From IMG/VR virus record IMGVR_UViG_3300025844_000016: a DNA stretch of 20,000 nt, one strand, 5' to 3'. Below are positions 16,565-20,000 of this stretch, piece by piece. Below the pieces are notes generated by a model that was not told the origin of the DNA, ran no database searches, and saw only the letters and a list, made by a program, of their open reading frames with translations. Position numbers and translations under genes: made by a program. The DNA comes from an uncultured virus (IMG/VR IMGVR_UViG_3300025844_000016) (Duplodnaviria > Heunggongvirae > Uroviricota > Caudoviricetes). Within the stretch, counting starts at the first letter, position 1, and each line of letters starts with the position of its first letter.

Positions 16565-17191
16565 ATGGCTATCAAGCGTGCCAAGACCTTCGATGAGAAG
16601 CAGTTCTATCGGCTGCTTACTCACATCGAAACCCACAGCGTCATGCCCAAGCGTGACAAGCTGATTGTGGCTCTGTCATTCAAGGCCGGGCTGCGTGTCG
16701 GTGAGATCGCCAAGATCAAGATCAGCGCGATGACCGATGTCGATGGCGCTATCGCCAAGCAGATCAACATCTTTTCCGATGTTGGTAAGAAGCAGCGGAT
16801 GCGTGACATCCCGATGAACCCCCTGATCAGAACCTGTCTGGAAGAGTTCCGCGAGGAATATCCCAACGCCAAGTTCGTTGCGATTTCTTCGCAGCCCTTC
16901 CGTTGGATTCTGGCACGGGGCCGGCCGATCCCGAAAGATGCTGAGTTCAAGCAGATGTCCCCGGAAGCCTTGAAGACTTACTATCTCAAGATGCTCAAGT
17001 CGTTCGGGTTCGAAGGCGCTTCCACTCACTCGGGTCGCCGAACTTTTGGAACCCAGCTTGCCCGAACAGCTAACGCTCACCACTGCTCACTTCGTGACGT
17101 TCAGCGGTTGATGGGTCACGCTCGGATGGAAACTACCGAAGCGTATATCGAACTCACCGAAGATGCATCTGCGATGGTGATGGCACTCTAA
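16565..17191 (+). CDS. Tyrosine recombinase, catalytic domain only (208 aa)
   Basis: GLRVGE (R), GKK (K), HSGR (H-x-x-R), MGH, TEAY (Y); SD AAGGAG. Confidence 0.92.
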   Translation: MAIKRAKTFDEKQFYRLLTHIETHSVMPKRDKLIVALSFKAGLRVGEIAKIKISAMTDVDGAIAKQINIFSDVGKKQRMRDIPMNPLIRTCLEEFREEYPNAKFVAISSQPFRWILARGRPIPKDAEFKQMSPEALKTYYLKMLKSFGFEGASTHSGRRTFGTQLARTANAHHCSLRDVQRLMGHARMETTEAYIELTEDASAMVMAL

Positions 17192-17203
17192 CAAACTTTT
17201 TTC

Positions 17204-17240
17204 TTGACCAACTAGGTGGAGCGTCATAGAGAACGAATCA
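17204..17240 (+). promoter_or_regulatory. Sigma70-type promoter with CGAATCA near the start site
   Basis: TTGACC-N17-TAGAGA, then CGAATCA at 17234-17240. Confidence 0.6.
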
Positions 17241-17265
17241 CCGACAACAAATGGAGGATACAGAC

Positions 17266-17832
17266 ATGACGAATGCAGTGAAAACCCCCGCCCGTGGGCG
17301 CAAGAAGATCGATCAGGCAGCCCTCGACGCTGCGAACGAAGCCTCCAAGGCACTGAGCGAGAAGCAGCAGCAGGCCGCTTCGAAGCCCCGTGCCAAGGCG
17401 GCTCCCAAGACCCGCGCCAAGGCCGCTACTGGTCTGGGCAAGCAGCGTCAGGCAGATGCCGCTGCTCCGGTGATGGAAAAGCAGGGGGCTTCGGCTTCCG
17501 GTAAGTCCGCTCCGGTCGAAGAGCTTCGCGGCGGCACCAAGCAGGTGCTGATCACCGAAGCTGTGATGGTCGGACGTTCCGGCCGGCCGGCTGGTGTCGA
17601 GGAATACCCGTTCGGCGAGCTTCCGCCCGCCTACAAGGATGAGAACGGACAGATCGTTGGTCTCTCGTTCTTCATCCCGATGACTGACAAGGCCGAGGGC
17701 AAGCTTTCTGCTGCCCGCAAGCGCCACAAGTGCCTGTTCTGGAGCCGCACGGTTTACGAGCAGGTCAATGGCAAGGGCCCCAAGGTCGAAGGTCTTCGCA
17801 TCTGGCGTGGCACGCCTGACATCAAGGCGTAA
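17266..17832 (+). CDS. Basic Lys/Ala-rich putative DNA-binding protein
   Basis: GGAGG SD before the ATG at 17266; histone-H1-like KPRAKAAPKTRAKAA region; C-terminal domain YPFGEL...SFFIP...GLRIWR. Confidence 0.75.
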   Translation: MTNAVKTPARGRKKIDQAALDAANEASKALSEKQQQAASKPRAKAAPKTRAKAATGLGKQRQADAAAPVMEKQGASASGKSAPVEELRGGTKQVLITEAVMVGRSGRPAGVEEYPFGELPPAYKDENGQIVGLSFFIPMTDKAEGKLSAARKRHKCLFWSRTVYEQVNGKGPKVEGLRIWRGTPDIKA

Positions 17833-17844
17833 CCACGCAAACGG

Positions 17845-17877
17845 AAGGGCCGTCACGAAGGTGGCGGCCCTTTCCTT
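17845..17877 (+). terminator. Rho-independent terminator
   Basis: AAGGGCCGTCAC-gaag-GTGGCGGCCCTT stem followed by a pyrimidine run. Confidence 0.75.
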
Positions 17878-17919
17878 ATAGTGAGAGCCAAATAATTTTC
17901 ACTGACTGTCATTTTTATG

Positions 17920-17948
17920 TTGACACTGACAGTGAGAATCGGTAATTC
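17920..17948 (+). promoter_or_regulatory. Promoter for the first ncRNA
   Basis: TTGACA-N17 (contains AGAATCG)-TAATTC, with no credible ORF downstream. Confidence 0.7.
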
Positions 17949-17955
17949 GGCCCTC

Positions 17956-18186
17956 CAACGTCTGCTCCATGGTTTTCCGAGGGGCAGGAACAGCCGGAGT
18001 CACTCTGACCCCGCAGCGTCGAACTTGGGCGCGAGCGAGTCATTGGCCGGTCTGGTGCGGATACGTTTCGTGTCAAGGGCGGGTAGAACGGGGGAAGCCC
18101 CGAGATCACCGGCCCCCAGCACGATAGGCCAAGCCAGCGCAAGTGGTCCTGTCACGCGGTAAGTCATGGAATATCTCGACGAGTTG
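17956..18186 (+). ncRNA. Unassigned structured RNA A (about 230 nt)
   Basis: Own promoter; nested pairings CAACGTC/GACGAGTTG, TCCATGG/TCATGGA, GGCAGGA/TCCTGTC, TTGGCC/GGCCAA, CGGGG-gaag-CCCCG, GATACG-ttt-CGTGTC. Confidence 0.6.
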
Positions 18187-18199
18187 ATTTGATTAAGTG

Positions 18200-18228
18200 T
18201 TGACACGAATCGAATCACCTAATAGAGA
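18200..18228 (+). promoter_or_regulatory. Promoter for the GOLLD-like RNA and downstream ncRNA cluster
   Basis: TTGACA-cgaatcgaatcacctaa-TAGAGA, with two GANTC sites in the spacer. Confidence 0.7.
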
Positions 18229-18231
18229 GAC

Positions 18232-18793
18232 GGAATGCCAGCCTGATGGCGATAGTGTGAGGCAACTCACATAAAGGGGGTAAGGCCACTTAACCCCGCC
18301 GGTCCCGATCGGTCAATTCAGGCAAGCGCAGTCAGGTCCGCGAGGACCGCTTCACCGGGATAACCTTGCAAACTTAGCATAGTTGGTAATGCAAACGACT
18401 CTTAATCGTGAGATCGGTGGTTCAAACCCACCAGTCTGCTCCAAACGCAAAGATTGCCACGACTGCATGTGAAAGACGCCTAATGCCATAGAGGCTTGCC
18501 TCAATGTGGCCCGACCTGATCTCGCAAGGTGATGGTTGGTTGGTGGAAGAAGTTTCGTTGGGCCCGCAAGCCCTTAATGGCTGGAGACAGTCAGCGGAAT
18601 CGAAACTGCCGAATATCATGCAGTGTCACCGCAAATGCCAGCGGTCCCGTGAGAACCGGGAGAAAAAGGCGGCGTTGGTCTGGAACTGAGCTACCGCAAG
18701 GGGCTTGGTGGATAAGTCGGGAAGGTGACTCGCAAGGTCACTATAATCTGACGAATGACGGATCGTAGCGGGTGTAATCTCAACCTGCTTCCA
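18232..18793 (+). ncRNA. GOLLD-like RNA (compact, about 560 nt) with embedded tRNA
   Basis: Many CGCAAG/GCAA-capped hairpins; ordered motifs TGAAAG...CTA, GTGGATAAG, ATAAT and a terminal hairpin with loop GTAATCTCA match my recollection of the GOLLD 3' domain; embedded tRNA and phage tRNA-cluster context are typical of GOLLD. Not checked with a covariance model. Confidence 0.7.
18368..18443 (+). tRNA. tRNA-Lys(CTT) with encoded CCA
   Basis: Acceptor GCAAACT/AGTCTGC (one A-C mismatch), D arm GCAT-agttggta-ATGC, anticodon arm ACGA-ctCTTaa-TCGT, T arm GGTGG-ttcaaac-CCACC, then T-CCA; 76 nt. Confidence 0.9.
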
Positions 18794-18797
18794 TTTT

Positions 18798-18980
18798 TCG
18801 ATTTCTATGTTGGCCCAGCAAAGAAGGTTAGCTACCTTCCCCTCGGTTCCCGCAGGTCAGGTCGATCCCAGCAATTCTCGAATGCAGACGGATCGTCGAA
18901 GCATCAGGTCCAGTAATTCGAGCCGTGGCTTGATCGCATTGGGCGTCGCTGCAAACCCGCTGGGTCATCATAGAAAACGA
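18798..18980 (+). ncRNA. Unassigned structured RNA B (about 180 nt)
   Basis: Terminal helix TCG-a-TTTCTATG-t-TGGCCCAGC / GCTGGGTCA-t-CATAGAAA-a-CGA; inner helices GAAGG/CCTTC, GGTCAGGTC/GGCTTGATC, CTCGAAT/ATTCGAG. Confidence 0.65.
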
Positions 18981-18982
18981 TA

Positions 18983-19151
18983 GCCCGGAGTAACCGCCAC
19001 AACAGATTGGTAGCTTCCATGGAAAGTTGTCGGGAGTTGGTCAGGGATGTTTAGGTGAAGTCGCCTTCGAAAGCGGCGCGGTGGATCGGAAAGCAGGGTT
19101 GATCTCCTGTGGAACGATAGGCCAGTGGTTCGACTCCACCTCCGGGCTCCA
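18983..19151 (+). ncRNA. tRNA-like RNA C (169 nt): acceptor stem, T arm and CCA around a large non-tRNA body
   Basis: GCCCGGAG/CTCCGGGC 8-bp stem, GTGG-TTCGACT-CCAC T arm, T discriminator plus CCA; no canonical D or anticodon arm. Confidence 0.7.
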
Positions 19152-19158
19152 TAACGCT

Positions 19159-19298
19159 TCACTCGTAATGAAGCTTCTCAGCGGAATGTCGGCGGTCACG
19201 CGACCTAACCGGCGATCCGTGGGTTTACACTGAACCGGCGGAAGGAAGGGCGTAGTGAACCCGGCCGAGCTTCGAGAGGCCCCATTACGAGTGATCCA
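19159..19298 (+). ncRNA. Unassigned structured RNA D (about 140 nt)
   Basis: Perfect 12-bp TCACTCGTAATG/CATTACGAGTGA followed by T-CCA; inner GCTTCTC/GAGAGGC and GGGTTTAC/GTGAACCC. Confidence 0.65.
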
Positions 19299-19427
19299 TT
19301 TGTGATCGGGCCGGCGGCACCAGATAGGTTTAAGGCGAGTGGACTCCCGTCGAACGGAGACGACAGACCCGGATAAAAACCGTGTATGGGTGTTGCTAGT
19401 GCTTTGGCCGCCGGCCTGATCACAGAT
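19298..19427 (+). ncRNA. Unassigned structured RNA E (about 130 nt)
   Basis: 21-bp terminal helix ATTTGTGATCGGGCCGGCGGC / GCCGCCGGCCTGATCACAGAT, with two G-U pairs. Confidence 0.65.
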
Positions 19428-19430
19428 GTT

Positions 19431-19516
19431 TCACTTGCAACAAGGGAGGCGGGCACCGTCGGGAAACCGGGACGGATGATTCGCGAACTTTAGTCCGCTC
19501 TCCTTGTTGCGAGTGA
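19431..19516 (+). ncRNA. Unassigned structured RNA F (86 nt)
   Basis: About 24-bp terminal helix TCACTTGCAACAAGGGAGGCGGGC / GTCCGCTCTCCTTGTTGCGAGTGA (G-U pairs, one mismatch); apical CCGTC-GG-gaaa-CC-gg-GACGG. Confidence 0.65.
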
Positions 19517-19530
19517 TGTTCGAGTTTTTC

Positions 19531-19691
19531 TCACTTCCCTGTCCGCAGGGGTGACCCGGTAGGTAACCAAGGGTGGTTCGAATATCCTCGCATTTAGTTC
19601 CTGTGGGTTCCATGGAGCCCCTTGAATCCTCAAGCAGGTGACAGAGAGTTAAAGGAGCCGCCCTGCTCCGAAACCAGATAAAATGGGTGAG
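19531..19691 (+). ncRNA. Possible structured RNA G (multi-hairpin; boundaries uncertain)
   Basis: Hairpins CCCTG-tccg-CAGGG, GGGTG-gttcgaa-TATCC, GGGTTC-catg-GAGCCC, CTTGA-atcc-TCAAG, GGAGC-cgccct-GCTCC; closing CTCGCATTT/AAATGGGTGAG. Confidence 0.5.
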
Positions 19692-19704
19692 TGCAATTTT
19701 TTAG

Positions 19705-19733
19705 TTGACATTCGAATCGGATGTCGTTACACT
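19705..19733 (+). promoter_or_regulatory. Promoter of the leader-peptide / tRNA unit
   Basis: TTGACA-ttcgaatcggatgtcgt-TACACT; CGAATCG in the spacer. Confidence 0.8.
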
Positions 19734-19785
19734 TCGATCATCAAGACCGGGATGTTCCGGCCAAACAGGATTTCAGAGTTCAACC

Positions 19786-19875
19786 ATGTTCAACGTAGTC
19801 GCCATGAATAACCCAGCAGCACCGGCCATTATGGTCCCGGTCGCGATGGCGTGCGAACAGATGGTTGGTGGCTAG
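19786..19875 (+). CDS. Putative leader peptide (29 aa, MFNVVAMNNPAAPAIMVPVAMACEQMVGG)
   Basis: Short ORF between a promoter and a terminator hairpin; SD is weak. Confidence 0.5.
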   Translation: MFNVVAMNNPAAPAIMVPVAMACEQMVGG

Positions 19876-19904
19876 GCCACTTCACTCTCCAAGCAGTTAT
19901 CTCG

Positions 19905-19941
19905 ATCGGGGGCCATGGCAACATGGCCCCCGATTTCGTTT
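19905..19941 (+). terminator. Terminator/attenuator hairpin immediately upstream of tRNA-Pro
   Basis: Perfect 13-bp ATCGGGGGCCATG-gcaa-CATGGCCCCCGAT followed by TTCGTTT. Confidence 0.7.
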
Positions 19942-20000
19942 CAGGGTCTAGCTCAGTTGGAAGAGCGTCCGGTTTGGGACCGGAAGGCCGTAGGTTCGAG
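19942..20000 (+). tRNA. tRNA-Pro(TGG), truncated by the window edge
   Basis: CAGGGTC-TA-GCTC-agttggaa-GAGC-g-TCCGG-ttTGGga-CCGGA-aggcc-GTAGG-TTCGAG... Confidence 0.92.

Noticed and set aside
16565..17191. Prophage integrase with an attachment site at a tRNA
   Set aside because: No arm-binding domain, no duplicated tRNA 3' end and no host genes in the window.
18798..18980. 6S RNA or Y RNA identity for RNA B
   Set aside because: The length fits 6S, but there is no symmetric central bubble, and no bulged-C Ro60 helix is visible. Left unassigned.
18983..19151. tmRNA (one- or two-piece)
   Set aside because: The 3' end resembles tmRNA, but there is no G3-U70 pair, the discriminator is U rather than A, and no tag-peptide ORF is evident.
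19220..19262. SRP (4.5S) RNA, suggested by CGGAAGGAAG
   Set aside because: The conserved CAGG...AGCAG internal loop around the tetraloop is missing.
19450..19480. c-di-GMP-I riboswitch, suggested by GGGCA...GAAA...GGGACG
   Set aside because: It lacks the GCAAAC / GCAAAG elements and the second hairpin, and no gene follows.
19640..19680. Hammerhead ribozyme, suggested by a stem followed by GAAA
   Set aside because: No CUGANGA core precedes the stem. The CTGATGA near 15993 lies in a CDS and has no matching GAAA stem.
17900..19700. Short ORF-track ORFs on both strands; also a CRISPR or other direct-repeat array
   Set aside because: The ORFs lack SD sites, coupling and protein-like composition, and overlap tRNA or helices. 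No regularly spaced direct repeats are visible.

Overview
This window is part of a GC-rich dsDNA tailed phage genome. The gene set resembles phiCbK-like phages of Alphaproteobacteria; the host is inferred from the promoter style and GANTC motifs. Positions 1-15621 are a tightly coupled leftward block of replication and nucleotide-metabolism genes: Cas4-like nuclease, duplicated MazG, RyR-domain protein, DEDDh exonuclease, T7-type DNA polymerase A with an AT-rich PD-(D/E)XK endonuclease inserted behind it, a minimal protein kinase, a T5 A1-like metallophosphoesterase, an adenine methyltransferase, dCMP deaminase, an HD nucleotidase, an ASCH/DUF3850 protein and an SNF2 helicase. Four leftward promoters share an ACCG(A/C)CATT-N5-TTGACA architecture. 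At about 15660 transcription diverges rightward through small ORFs, a catalytic-domain-only tyrosine recombinase and a basic DNA-binding-like protein. The most striking part is 17950-19700, about 1.75 kb with no credible ORF. It holds a compact GOLLD-like RNA with an embedded tRNA-Lys, plus about seven further structured RNAs of no family I recognise, most packed back to back. Most are closed by long terminal helices, and one is a 169-nt tRNA-like RNA ending in CCA. A promoter, 29-aa leader peptide and terminator (attenuator-like) then precede a tRNA-Pro cut by the window edge. All folds and family calls were made by eye or from recall, with no searches run.
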